From the NCBI RefSeq assembly GCF_000142905.1, contig NW_013657678.1:616871-680870 (forward strand): a stretch of DNA of 64,000 nt. Reading direction: 5' to 3'. The stretch comes from Thecamonas trahens ATCC 50062. Taxonomy: Eukaryota; Protista; Apusomonadida. Position numbers and translations under genes: made by a program. Shown here one piece after another: positions 45,008 through 55,786 of this stretch (its first letter is position 1; every line of letters begins with the position of its first letter). The notes under the pieces were generated by a model. It was not told the DNA's origin. It saw nothing but the letters and a program-made list of their open reading frames with translations, and searched no databases.

Positions 45008-48000
45008 ATGGTGTACAAGGGCAGGCAGGCCTCTGGTGTGTGTGCCTTTGCGGTGATGGCGATCTTGGCGGCGGTGATGGCCGAGAAGATGCTGGCGGCG
45101 GACGGCAAGGTGCTGAGCGGACTTGGAAGCCCGATGGGGTTGTGTGCCGAGGCACCGGCACTGGGACCTGGGGAGGATGCACGGTGCTCGCGCATCACGG
45201 GGAGCACTGTGTATTACGAGAGTGCGGTGGCTCTGTCGTCGGTGTTTGCGGTCGGCGACTTTAGCGGCGATGGGAACGACGACGCTGTGCTAGTCCTCAA
45301 CACCCGAGTGCTGCGGTCGTACCTCAACAACGACGGCAACTTTAATAGCGTTGTGCGATCGACTGTTGACGGCTCGCTACCCGGCGATGGGCTAGACGTG
45401 GCACTGGTACGGATTGATGCCGACAGTGACCGTGACATTCTGCTGCTCACGGATGCACCGTCGCTCGCGTGGTACTCAAACACCGACGGGGCGGGCACGT
45501 TCTCGTCGGCCAACGTGATTGGGCTTGGTGCAACCAGTGGCTGGCTCCGGATTGTGGCGGTGGACGTGGACAATGACGGCGATACTGACGTGGTTGGCAT
45601 CTCGAACAACGAGCTGAGGGTGGTTATCAACTCGGACGGGGCGGGTTCGTTTGCTGCGCCGGTGCAGTACACGCTGACGGGTGCGGCGCTCCTATCGGTT
45701 GCAGCGGGTGATGTCAACGGTGACGGATATGCCGACGCTGTGCTCTCAGACGGCAACGCAGGCCTTTACTGGCTCGTCAACGATGGCAGCGGGGGCTTTA
45801 GTGCGGGCGCGCGCCAAGTGTTTGAGAGCCAGGTGACAGCTGCTGGAGCTGCGGTGGTTGTTGGCGACTTGCGCGGCATAGGATTACTCGATGTTGTGGT
45901 GCGAACAACTGATGCGCGAGTGGTTGTCTATTACGGGCTCGGGGGTGGATCGTTTGCGCCGCAGCTTACCATCTTGCAAGGTGTGTCGTCGACGAGCCGT
46001 GACTCGATTGCGATTGCGTCGCTGAAAGACTTCAAGTACTCTGCTGTGCTGATGCATAAGGATGCAGCCGGCATCATCGCAGTTCGGGTATACAACGACG
46101 CTGGCGACATGTCGGGTCCATATCTGATGGCGCGTGATGTATCGTGGTCGCTGTCGGCGATTGCGGTTGGTGACCGCAACTCCGACGGTATTGCGGATGT
46201 ATTTGCGTTTGACACTACAGGCTCACGGATGGTTACAACGGTGTCTGAGACCAAAGCGGCAGTGGAGCCCGAGGCCGCACAACGAATAGTCGGGGTTCTT
46301 GAAGCGGCATCGCTGGTGATGAAAGCGTTCGACCTTGACTATGACGGGCACGAGGAGGTGTTTCTGCTCGCGGAGCCGGGCTTTTCCATTGTGCGGACGC
46401 AAACAACGTTCTCGTCGACCTACTTTTCGCTTTATTTGTTTAACGAAGAGAACATTGTCGGCACCGATGTAGCTTTTGGCGACGTCAACGTTGACAGCAT
46501 GCCAGACTGGGTCATTGCGGTCCCGGGTGAGAACACGCTTGTGGTGTACTTGTTGGAAGCGACGACTCCGGCTGTTGCGTTCTCACGGCGACCTGTGACA
46601 TGCACGATGCCAGCAGTCACGTTTGTGGTTCTGGCAGACATGGATGCCGACGGCATGCTGGACTATGTGGTAGCCAGCAGCTCTGGGACTGTGGCGTGGA
46701 TGAAGGTCGACGGCGCAACCGGTGACTGTGTGCCTGATAGTACGACGGTGATGGGGAACCTTGGTGCAACGGTTGCGTCGCTAGCAGTCTCAGACCTCAA
46801 CGGTGACGGGCTGCCGGACGTGGCGGTTGGTCTCGAAGAGAGCGTGGGAGTGCTGTTGGGGATGGCACAAGGCGGGACGGCGTTTGACGTCTCGACATAC
46901 GTGGTGAGCGGCGGCGCGAGCTTTGTCCGGATCCAGACAGGCGACATGGACCTCGACGGTGCTGTCGACATTGTCTGGATTTCGTCCAACTTGCTCCTGT
47001 CATCACTCGTCAACAGTGGCGACGGTACGTTTACGCTGCGGGGCTCTCCCATTCTGGCGTTTAACAACGTGCAGCACAACTTTGCGCTCCACGACTACAA
47101 CCTGGACGGTACGTTGGACATTCTTGTTTCCCGTGGCATCGGCAACGTTGCTTTGCAGCTGTTCACCAATGATGGAGTGCCTGGCACGTTTGCGCACTCG
47201 CCGAACATCTTGTGTACGTACAACCTGCCGGTCTACGATGCCATTCCGGTGAGCAGTGGTTACACGGCGACAGACGTGCTGGTGTGGACCGGTGTCAACG
47301 TCAAGGTTGGGCGTCTGTCCACAACGTCACCACTGGCGTTGCGGGCGCCGCGGACACATACCGAAGCTGCCGGTGATGGATACTTTCTACGGACCGACGC
47401 CAAGTCGCCGTGTTTCAAGTTTGCGGTTGCTGGTGGACGAAACATGGCATGTGTGGCGCAGCGGATGGCCCGTGCAGGGCGATGTGTGCGCGACCGGGTA
47501 GTGCTTGAGGCCGGGCGGTACGTGTACTGCCCGACGATTTCGCACATCAAGACTTCGTTTGCAGTAGAACTTGCGGCGGCGGAGCCCGGCAGTGTCGTTC
47601 TCGATTGCGAGGGAAGGGGCGTGCTGTTTGCTTCGATCCGCGAGGATCAACGTCGCGAGATTCCTGGTATCGGCATTGGTGGCCTGGTCCTGACCAACTT
47701 GACCATCCGTGGCATGGCGATCTCGTCGACCATCTCCAAGTCTGCGCCAGGCTTGCGGGTCGTCGGAAGCGAGGCCTCGTTGCAGCTGCATGGCACCGTG
47801 ATCGAAGGATGCGACACGACGCCGTCGATTTCCGGGCTTGTGGTGTACGACGGAGGCGGCGGGTGCGTGCTCGGTCTCAACGGCGGGCGAGTGCTGATGG
47901 ACAACTCTACTATTTCTGGCTCGACGGCCGGCGACGGGTCGGGTGGTGGCGGGTTGGCCTTGGTTGGCCTCGATTCGGCTGGCTGCATCCGCGACGGCAG

Positions 48001-50941
48001 CGTGATCAGCGGTAACTTGGCTCGAAGTGGGCCTGGAGGCGGCGCGACTGTCCGATCGGGCGCAACTCTGCGGGTGGAGCGCGGAGCGGTGATTTCGGGA
48101 AATGTCGCGGAGACTCGCGGCGGCGGGCTGTTTGTGGACAACGACGCCGAGGTTGTCGTGGACGGCAGCTTAGAAGGTGTGCGAATCGAAGGCAATTCGG
48201 CACAGAGCGGCGGCGGTGGGCTGTGTGTTGTGAGTGCATCGCGGGCCAACGTGAGCCATGTTGTACTGGCCGGCAACGTGGCATCGTTTGGCTCTGGCGG
48301 CGGGTTGCAGGCGACGACCGGAGCCATTGTGGTGGTCGATGCGAGCAGCGTGTCAGGCAACACTGCAGAGCGGAGTGGTGGTGGGCTGTTGGCGGAAGCG
48401 CCTGCGAGCGTGACGCTTACGGGCGAGAGCAGCGTGAGCAGCAATCATGCCGGGACGTTTGGCGGCGGGCTTGTGGCGATGGAGGGAGGGCTGGAAGCGC
48501 TGCTGGCGGAAACGCGGACAGTGCTGAGCCTGCCAGAGGCGAGCACGGCACCGGATGAATCCTGTTCGCCTGTGGTTGTACTTGACGGAGCACGAAGTTA
48601 TGACAACGTTGCAAGGCGCGGCGGCGGGAACATGCTGTTGTGCGGCGGATGTGTGGCGGTATCGGGGTCCAAGGCAGAGGTACGCGGTCAGATCCTGACA
48701 TGCCTGCCTGTGGGTGGGCCTGACGGCATTGCGGCTGGCGGCGCGTTTGTGCCGGACAGGACGGACGCGAACTCCCTGCCGTGGCTGGCGTTTGATGCGG
48801 CGAGCTGGGCCAACTCGCGCGAGGGCTCGACGTTTACCTCGCCGCCAACACGACTTGTGTGGGAGGTCGAACCTGAGGCGAGCATAGCCGCTGGCATCCG
48901 GATGGCGGGCAGTGTGAGCGCGAGCGACTGGTTCGGCGGCGATGCTGGGCGGTCCGACTATGAGGTGGAGGCAAGCCTGGGGCCAGGGACGCCAGCTGGA
49001 GTTGTGCTTGTGGGAACGAACGTGATGCGCATGACAGCTGGTGCGCCGACCAGCATCCCCGCCGTTTCTGTGACGGTCGACGACTCGGGTGTACTGCCGC
49101 TGGACGGAGTGAGCGTTGTGGTGTCTGTTCGCGAGACTAGCGCGGCGGCGGTGAGGGTGGTGGCTGCGGTGCGGATCGAGAGTTGCGGGCCCGGGTTTGG
49201 CGGTGGAGCGGTGGGCGGCGGCGGGTTCGGCTGCTTTGCATGCAGCGGCGACACGTTCAGCCTCGTGTCTGGTGTGGCACCTTGCGAGGCGTGCCCGGCC
49301 AACTCTGCTGTGGGCGGGAGCGGGAGCATGAACGGGACGAACTCCCGATGCAGCTGTTTCCCTGGCTTCTACCACTTGGAGCCTGGCACGGCATGCGCGG
49401 CGTGCCCGGAAGGCGGGGTGTGTGGTGGCGGGTCTGAGCTCCCTGTGGCTGCGCCAGGCTTTGCACCTGGCGGACGGGTGGACTTGTTTGTGGCATGCCC
49501 GACGGCTGAAGCTTGCGCCGGTGGTGGGGCATGTGCGACCGGATACGCAGCGCAGCTGTGTGCCGAGTGTGCGGACGGGTACTATGCCCTCAGCGGAAAG
49601 TGCTTCAAGTGCAACACCGGGCGAAATGCGGCGGCAGTTCTGCTGCTTGTGTTGGGCTGCTTGGCGGTGATATGCGTCCTGCTCGGATTCAACCTCGCAG
49701 AGAGCATGAGCTACAAGTTTGCGTCTTTGATGATTGGGCTCAACGGACTGCAGATTGTGGCGCTGTACGGGCGGCTGGACTTTAAGTGGGGCGCGTTTGC
49801 GGCGGCGTACTTTGACATTGCATCTGCAGTCAATGTCAATCTCGAGCTGACGAGTCCCGAGTGCGCGGCAGCGGACGGGACGGACGTGTGGGTGCTCAAG
49901 TTTGTGCTCACGCTTGTGATGCCTGTGTTTGCGGCGGCTGGATTGGGGCTGGCAAGCGGACTGTTTGCGGTGGCACGTGCTGTGCATGCCCCGTGGGTCC
50001 GAAACAAGAGCATCGGCGAGTTGGTGGGCGCTGCGAAGCGGTGCATGTGGCAGATCATGGTGCTGCTATACATGGCGCTGGTGTCTGGCAGCTTTTCACT
50101 GTTTGGATGTCGAAAGGACGCGACTGGGCGGTGGGTGCTTGACGACGCACCGTCGCGGAGCTGCTACACGGCAACGTGGTGGGGACTCTTCCCGCTTGGG
50201 CTCTGTGGAGTACTGGGCTATGGTCTCGGGCTGCCGGGCTGCGTGGTGTGGGTGCTCAAGCAGCAGCGAGACGCACTCGACGAGGTGAGCTTTGTGCTCC
50301 GGTACGGGTTTCTTGTGGGGCGATTTTCGGCTTCGGCGTGGTGGTTTGAGGCACTGGTGATGGCGCGAAAGGCAAGTCTGGTGATGAGTATGACGCTGTT
50401 CTGGGGCGATATGACCAAGGCGTATGTGAGCGTCGCTGTTCTGGCGTGCTTCTGTGTCGACCTGCATGTTCGCAAGCCGTATGTGAACAAGCACCACAAC
50501 ATGGTGGCGACAGTTGTTCTTGTGGCGGCGATGGGCGTGCTGCATGCCGGTACCTTTACCAACACAACACTGCGGTCGATAGGAGTGGTGGGCGGCATTG
50601 TGGTGATGGTGGGCGGGATGCTGGCTGCGGCAGGAGTCGACGTGCTGCTTGCGCGCAGGCGCGAGAAGGAGGCAGCAGCCGAGTTTGGCGACGGCGGCTC
50701 GTCGCTGGCGTTTGACGTGGAACGAGCACAAGCGCGATCGTCGGTTATTGTGGAGGCGCCTGGCGGTAGTGACAGCTGTGGGTCGACTGCAGTGATTGGT
50801 TCACTGGGTGGACTTGGCTCGGCAGCGGGCAGCGCGCCGGTCAACCCGGTGCTCGACTCGGTGCAGGGCAGCGAAGGCGGCGAGTTTTCGACTGCGGCGA
50901 TGTCGAGCGTGGGAACGGTGGACGGAACCGGGACGGTGTGA
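45008..50941 (+). CDS. Paralogous FG-GAP / beta-helix / GCC / multi-TM receptor-like protein
   Basis: Uninterrupted ORF with likely ATG 45008 and a hydrophobic N-terminus. GDFSGDGNDD, DVDNDGDTD, GDVNGDGYAD repeats; GGGL..N repeats. TM block FNLAESMSYKFASLMIGLNGLQI...LRYGFLVGRF closely matches the divergent neighbour. Confidence 0.88.
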   Translation: MVYKGRQASGVCAFAVMAILAAVMAEKMLAADGKVLSGLGSPMGLCAEAPALGPGEDARCSRITGSTVYYESAVALSSVFAVGDFSGDGNDDAVLVLNTRVLRSYLNNDGNFNSVVRSTVDGSLPGDGLDVALVRIDADSDRDILLLTDAPSLAWYSNTDGAGTFSSANVIGLGATSGWLRIVAVDVDNDGDTDVVGISNNELRVVINSDGAGSFAAPVQYTLTGAALLSVAAGDVNGDGYADAVLSDGNAGLYWLVNDGSGGFSAGARQVFESQVTAAGAAVVVGDLRGIGLLDVVVRTTDARVVVYYGLGGGSFAPQLTILQGVSSTSRDSIAIASLKDFKYSAVLMHKDAAGIIAVRVYNDAGDMSGPYLMARDVSWSLSAIAVGDRNSDGIADVFAFDTTGSRMVTTVSETKAAVEPEAAQRIVGVLEAASLVMKAFDLDYDGHEEVFLLAEPGFSIVRTQTTFSSTYFSLYLFNEENIVGTDVAFGDVNVDSMPDWVIAVPGENTLVVYLLEATTPAVAFSRRPVTCTMPAVTFVVLADMDADGMLDYVVASSSGTVAWMKVDGATGDCVPDSTTVMGNLGATVASLAVSDLNGDGLPDVAVGLEESVGVLLGMAQGGTAFDVSTYVVSGGASFVRIQTGDMDLDGAVDIVWISSNLLLSSLVNSGDGTFTLRGSPILAFNNVQHNFALHDYNLDGTLDILVSRGIGNVALQLFTNDGVPGTFAHSPNILCTYNLPVYDAIPVSSGYTATDVLVWTGVNVKVGRLSTTSPLALRAPRTHTEAAGDGYFLRTDAKSPCFKFAVAGGRNMACVAQRMARAGRCVRDRVVLEAGRYVYCPTISHIKTSFAVELAAAEPGSVVLDCEGRGVLFASIREDQRREIPGIGIGGLVLTNLTIRGMAISSTISKSAPGLRVVGSEASLQLHGTVIEGCDTTPSISGLVVYDGGGGCVLGLNGGRVLMDNSTISGSTAGDGSGGGGLALVGLDSAGCIRDGSVISGNLARSGPGGGATVRSGATLRVERGAVISGNVAETRGGGLFVDNDAEVVVDGSLEGVRIEGNSAQSGGGGLCVVSASRANVSHVVLAGNVASFGSGGGLQATTGAIVVVDASSVSGNTAERSGGGLLAEAPASVTLTGESSVSSNHAGTFGGGLVAMEGGLEALLAETRTVLSLPEASTAPDESCSPVVVLDGARSYDNVARRGGGNMLLCGGCVAVSGSKAEVRGQILTCLPVGGPDGIAAGGAFVPDRTDANSLPWLAFDAASWANSREGSTFTSPPTRLVWEVEPEASIAAGIRMAGSVSASDWFGGDAGRSDYEVEASLGPGTPAGVVLVGTNVMRMTAGAPTSIPAVSVTVDDSGVLPLDGVSVVVSVRETSAAAVRVVAAVRIESCGPGFGGGAVGGGGFGCFACSGDTFSLVSGVAPCEACPANSAVGGSGSMNGTNSRCSCFPGFYHLEPGTACAACPEGGVCGGGSELPVAAPGFAPGGRVDLFVACPTAEACAGGGACATGYAAQLCAECADGYYALSGKCFKCNTGRNAAAVLLLVLGCLAVICVLLGFNLAESMSYKFASLMIGLNGLQIVALYGRLDFKWGAFAAAYFDIASAVNVNLELTSPECAAADGTDVWVLKFVLTLVMPVFAAAGLGLASGLFAVARAVHAPWVRNKSIGELVGAAKRCMWQIMVLLYMALVSGSFSLFGCRKDATGRWVLDDAPSRSCYTATWWGLFPLGLCGVLGYGLGLPGCVVWVLKQQRDALDEVSFVLRYGFLVGRFSASAWWFEALVMARKASLVMSMTLFWGDMTKAYVSVAVLACFCVDLHVRKPYVNKHHNMVATVVLVAAMGVLHAGTFTNTTLRSIGVVGGIVVMVGGMLAAAGVDVLLARRREKEAAAEFGDGGSSLAFDVERAQARSSVIVEAPGGSDSCGSTAVIGSLGGLGSAAGSAPVNPVLDSVQGSEGGEFSTAAMSSVGTVDGTGTV

Positions 50942-50970
50942 GAAGCGTGCGTAAAGTATGGGTTTGGTGC

Positions 50971-53500
50971 CTATGTGGTGGTGAGAGGGGGTGGCGGCGG
51001 GGGAAGGAGGCGCGAGCCCTCGTTGAGGGAGGGTAGTGACGTTGTAGGGGCGACCGGCTTGCCCAGTGGGGAGTACGGCTGGGGAGGCAGCAACGGGCTA
51101 CCTGCGGGCGCCTTGAACCAGCATATGAGCGAGGCGGCGAGGGCGGCGGCAGCAGCGACGGAGAGGACGATGACGGAGCCGAGGCGGAGATCGCGGAGGA
51201 GGTAGACGGAGGAACGAAAGTCGGCGGCGAGAGCCGGGGTGATCTCCGAAGTCTCATCGACCCAGACGATGGGGTAGAAGATGTCCTTGACCACGTCGGG
51301 GTTAAAGTCGTCAAAGGCAAGGTCTGGCGGGATGTAGACGTTGACTTGGATGCGCTTGTGGGCGCGCATGGTGAGGCCTGTGATGGGCTCGACGTCGATG
51401 GAGGCCTGGTCGTCGAGCCGGGGGTGCATGCCATCGATTTTTGCCACGTACTTGGGATCGACAAACAGCATGTTAGGGTAGGAGAAAAAGATCGGGGCCT
51501 GCTGGGTGATGGTGAGGTTGGCAAAGCCGGTGACGTACTGAAAGAAGCGTTCGTCGGGGAGGAAGAGCTCGCGGAGAGGGAGATAGCGGTTGAGGGCGAT
51601 GCCGTGGGCCGAGACGTGGCGATCAAAGGCGAGCGGGAGCGAGCGAACGAGGTCTGTCTCAAATACATGGATGAGGGCAGAGCGATCAAAGGAGTTGAAG
51701 AGGAGCGGCGGAAACTGAGTGCCGTCTGAGCCAAAGACCGGTGCGTTGTAGTTGTTCCAGGCCACGGTGGCCTGGGTCTGGTACTTTGTGTACTGCAGGG
51801 TAGCGGAAAGATCGCCGTAGCCTGTGGTGATGGTGTCGGGCGGGGTGTTGGTGGCGGCCCATTCGAGCGATGTGGTGTTGGTGATGAGCGCGCAGGTGCC
51901 GTTGGGCTGGACAACGGCGAGGAGGGCGTCGTGACAGTCAAAGAGCCACTGGTCAACGGTCTTTGTGATGAACATGCCGGCGTTGTCGTTGACAAGCTCG
52001 GCGGCGTAGGCCTTGCCGTACGACTCGAGGGTGCGAAGGCCGTAGACAAACATGTCGACAACCTGGTGGCCATCAAGGTTGTACTTTGCGCCGAGGACGC
52101 CGGCATGTGGCGGGACGGCATCGGTGAGAAAGTCGACAAGGCCGTTTGTGGAGAGGAGGCCGGCGTCGGGCCCGCCGCGGAGGGTGCCGTTAAGGAGCAT
52201 GGCGGCGCGGGCGCCGGTCATCCAGTTCTCGCCTGGCGAAATGGAGGCCGCGAGCGGAAACTCAAAGGGGACGTCGATGCCAGCAAAGAGCGGATGCTGC
52301 GGAAAGAGGGTGGAGAGCGGGACGCCGGATGTGATGGTGAGGCGGGCCCACTGCTCGTAGGCAAGGAACTCGATGGCCGGAAGGCCAAAGGCGTTGCACA
52401 TGGCGTTGTTGACGTAGGCGGACTGGAAGGAGGGGAGGAAGGAGGCGAGGAGCGCGGCAAGCTGCGGGCGTTCGAGGCCGAGGCGGGTAGAAAGAGTGGC
52501 GATGTCGGTGGCGTTGCCCAGGCGCGCGCCCTTCCACAGGGCAAGCGAGTCGGGCTGGGTGGAGAGGAGCGAGTCGACGACGGCGAGACAGGCCGGGAGC
52601 GGCATGGCGGCTGCAGGATCGAGAGTCTGTAGGCCGTACCAGAGCGGGAAGCTTGGGGCCAGGTTGTACGTCGAGTTGGTAAAGGCAGCACAGAACGAAG
52701 CTTGGCATGCTGGCGGAGCCGAGGCGAGGTCCAGGGCGTTGTCCGGGTTGGTGCAGTTGAGAGTCTCTGGCGCCGAGCCAAGGAGGACCTCGAGGGCAAA
52801 GCCGAGGCGGTCAGCGACATAGTCCTGGGCGATGTAGTCGCGAAAGACTATGTTTGTCCACTCGATGATGCGCGCGATGGCCGGGCCGGTGACGATGACC
52901 TTGAGATCTTTGTCGGAGCCGGCGGAGAGGATGACGCCGAGATACGTCGGGTTGATGTTGGTGATGTAGGTGGAGTATGGCGAGGCCTCACCGGAGAGGT
53001 TGGCGTGAACATAGGTATCGCCCTCGACGGCTGAGACAGACTTGCCGTCCGAGGCAAAGTCGGCAAAGAGATGGGTCTTGACGTCGCGGTAGGTAAACGG
53101 GCCGACGGCCTCGAACGCCGGCTTGGCGGTGCCTGCCATGACCTCGTGAGGATTGGTCAGGTTCCACATGGTGTAGACCTCGTAGAGCGGCGGATTGCTG
53201 GCATCAGCAGAGTTGTTGTAGTACTGTGGGTATGCTTGAGCAAGCTTGGACGGAAGCGTGATGGTGGCCTCGACACCGGACTTGAGGAGGTAAGGGAAGA
53301 GCTGCAGGCGTGCGCGTGCGGGTGGGGGGTGAGTGTAAACAATTTGAGAGCGAGGAAAAGGTGGAGGGGGGGTGGGGATGGAGGAGGGGGTGGACATGCG
53401 TTGGTCGTACAATGGTGTAGAGCAAGGCGGCGGCGGTGGCGGTGACGATGGCACAGGCGCCGAGAGCATAGGCACGGCAGCGGGTGGGGCGAATGTGCAT
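50971..53500 (-). CDS. CD36/SCARB (LIMP-2-like) scavenger receptor or lysosomal membrane protein, ~806 aa, 2 exons
   Basis: Exon 1 (53500-53411) gives the N-terminal TM; GTACGA...CAG intron 53410-53302. Motifs: WNLTNPHEV...VGPFTYR, GSDGTQFPP, PIFFSYPNM, DVEPITG...HKRIQVN, FYPIVWVDE; C-terminal TM. Confidence 0.88.
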
Positions 53501-53680
53501 GTCGAGGTGTGTGTGGAGGGGGAGGGAGGGGGGAAGGGAGAGAGAGAGGGGAAGGAGGGAGGGGGGAGGAGTGGGGTGGGGAGAGCGAGGAGGGAGAGGG
53601 GGAGGAGGGTGGGCGGCACGAGGCGGAGCGAAAGAAAGAGATATTTTTTCGTTTGAGTGTGGCGTGACCTGGGAGTAACC

Positions 53681-55315
53681 TCAGGAGGTAGAAGCGGGAG
53701 GAGGAGGACGAGAGAGGACAAGCGATGGCTGATGGGTGGCGGTGGCGAGCGAGTCGACGTAGAGGGCGACGACAGCTTCGGCAAAGAGATGCGGGTGAGA
53801 GGCGAGGAGGTGACGGACGCGGACGGTACGGGCGGGAGAGTCCGGGTGGGTGATCTCGGCGTCGAGTACATTGTGGGCGCCGAGGAGCTCGAGCGACGAG
53901 TTGGCCATGACCCGCGAGGTGAGCCTGCCGTCAGCGGTCGAGGCAAAGTTGTCGCGGACGCGCTGAGCCATGCGGGCGAGCGCAGCCGAGGTGGCAGCGG
54001 AAGGGCGGACGCCGGCGTGGACAATGACCGGGACAATGTTGGCCAGGCGCGGAAGTTGAGCCATGGACGAGATGCCCTCGATGAGGGCGACAACAGTGCG
54101 CTCGTTACGGTGGTTAGTTGGCAGGCGTGCAAGGTAGGCCTCTGCGTGGCGGGCGTGGCCGGCGGCAGCGGCAGCAGCGATGACGGCGTTGACCTCACGA
54201 GCTGCGGCGTGTGGCGCTGACGCAAGCAGGGTGTCGAGTGCAAGCAGAGTCTGGGCCTTTTCGCCGAGCTGCGCCAGCCGCAGCATGCAGGTGCGGGCAA
54301 AGCGCTGGTTGGAAACAAGGTGGCGGACGGCGGGAAGTGGCGGACGGAGGAGTGCGTCGAGGCTCGCCGCGGCCGGCAAAGCCTTGACTACCGCGATAGC
54401 GGCGCGCTTGGAGACGTGGGGAGCGCGGCGGAGGACAGCGAGGGCAGCCTGTACGTGGCCAGCGCGGGCAAGCTCACGCACGAGCACGTTGATTGCATGC
54501 GGCGGCGCAACAGCAGGATCGCCGCGGAGCAGACATGTCAGCATCGCGCGTTCGGCCGGGAGGCTGCGAGCGCGTGCGAGAGCGTGCGTTGCGGCTGCTG
54601 GGGAAGAGCTCAGCTCGACCATGCGGGCCACGAGCGCGGCAGCCGGCACCGGATTGAGCAAAGCAGCCGGCGAGACAACGGCGGCAACGACGCTAACAAG
54701 CTCGTCGAGCGAGCGGGCGAGAAGAGCATCGGCAGCAAGCGCGTCGGGCAGGGCGTCGATGGAGGCGTCAGGCGGGAGGCGGGCAAGGAGGCTCGCAGCT
54801 GCAGCCGGCAACTTGCACCGCGCTGCGCTCAGCGCCAACGAGGCCAGTGTGCGCGACGAGACCGAGTCCTGCCCCGCCGGACGAGACTGCTGCTCGTCGA
54901 GGACGTGGCCGACAAAGGCAGCAGCCTTGGCCGGGTGCTGGCGCGAGGTGAGCGCGAGGCGAGCCAGCAGCGGGCGCGATCCCGGCGAGTGCGGCAGGCC
55001 CGGAAGAGCAGCATGGAGCGAGAGAGCGAGATCCAGAGGCTCACAGCCGAGATCACGCCACGCGCCGCGAGCAAGCGCCCGGTGAATAGCGGCATGGACC
55101 GGGCTGAGCGCAGCCGAGGAGAGCGACGAGCTGGTGGCGGTGGAAGCGGCGGCGGTGGCGGCATAAGCGAGCGCCGTCGTCATAGCATTGGCAAGAGGAA
55201 GAGTCCGGATAGAGGAGGTAAGGTCGAGGAGTTGCGGTGTTGCTGCGGTGGGTGGCGGCGGCAGAGGCAGCGGCTGTGGTGCCAAAGTGGACAGCCGGCG
55301 GAGGTGGCGCCACAT
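53681..55315 (-). CDS. Probable mitochondrial alpha-solenoid protein with degenerate PPR-like repeats
   Basis: Presequence-like MWRHLRRLSTL; helical repeats such as AINVLVRELARAGHVQAALAVL, VNAVIAAAAAAGHARHAEAYL and HAGVRPS. Confidence 0.5.
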   Translation of the reverse strand: MWRHLRRLSTLAPQPLPLPPPPTAATPQLLDLTSSIRTLPLANAMTTALAYAATAAASTATSSSLSSAALSPVHAAIHRALARGAWRDLGCEPLDLALSLHAALPGLPHSPGSRPLLARLALTSRQHPAKAAAFVGHVLDEQQSRPAGQDSVSSRTLASLALSAARCKLPAAAASLLARLPPDASIDALPDALAADALLARSLDELVSVVAAVVSPAALLNPVPAAALVARMVELSSSPAAATHALARARSLPAERAMLTCLLRGDPAVAPPHAINVLVRELARAGHVQAALAVLRRAPHVSKRAAIAVVKALPAAASLDALLRPPLPAVRHLVSNQRFARTCMLRLAQLGEKAQTLLALDTLLASAPHAAAREVNAVIAAAAAAGHARHAEAYLARLPTNHRNERTVVALIEGISSMAQLPRLANIVPVIVHAGVRPSAATSAALARMAQRVRDNFASTADGRLTSRVMANSSLELLGAHNVLDAEITHPDSPARTVRVRHLLASHPHLFAEAVVALYVDSLATATHQPSLVLSRPPPPASTS

Positions 55316-55786
55316 CGGGTGGATCGAGGCCGCGAGACGAGTGGTAGAGGGAATTGGGTGGGATCAGGACAAGTGGGGGAGAATGGGTTTAGGGAAGGAA
55401 GTGAGGGTTAGGGGAGGGAAGGAAGGGGGGAGGGGGGGGCGGGAGGGGGGGAGCACGAGATGGGGATTTGAGAAAAGGTCGGGCATGGTTTGTGATCAGT
55501 GATCGTTTGGGGAACAAGTCATTGAGGGATTGGACAAGTGAGTCTGAGAAGCGATCTGTTGCGGGCGATGTCTGAAAGCATGCAGATGCATGAGTTCCAT
55601 GTGGCAGGGTGGAGGCGATAGTGATGAGGGAGGGGAATGAGGTGGCGGGGAAGGTGGTGGGAGGGGAGGGTGGGGGGAGGGGAGGGTGTCGAACGAACAA
55701 GCGAACGAGCGATTGGCCGAGTGGTCAGGAGACGAGAGGAAGAGGGAGGGTGGTGGTGGGGAGGGGAGGGGGGGTACACGTGACTT

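Noticed and set aside
53500-54318. N-terminal ~270 aa of track ORF 50971..54318
   Set aside because: It is Pro/Ser-rich read-through of the intergenic region and an alternate frame of the PPR-like gene. A spliced start at 53500 supplies the expected CD36 N-terminal TM.
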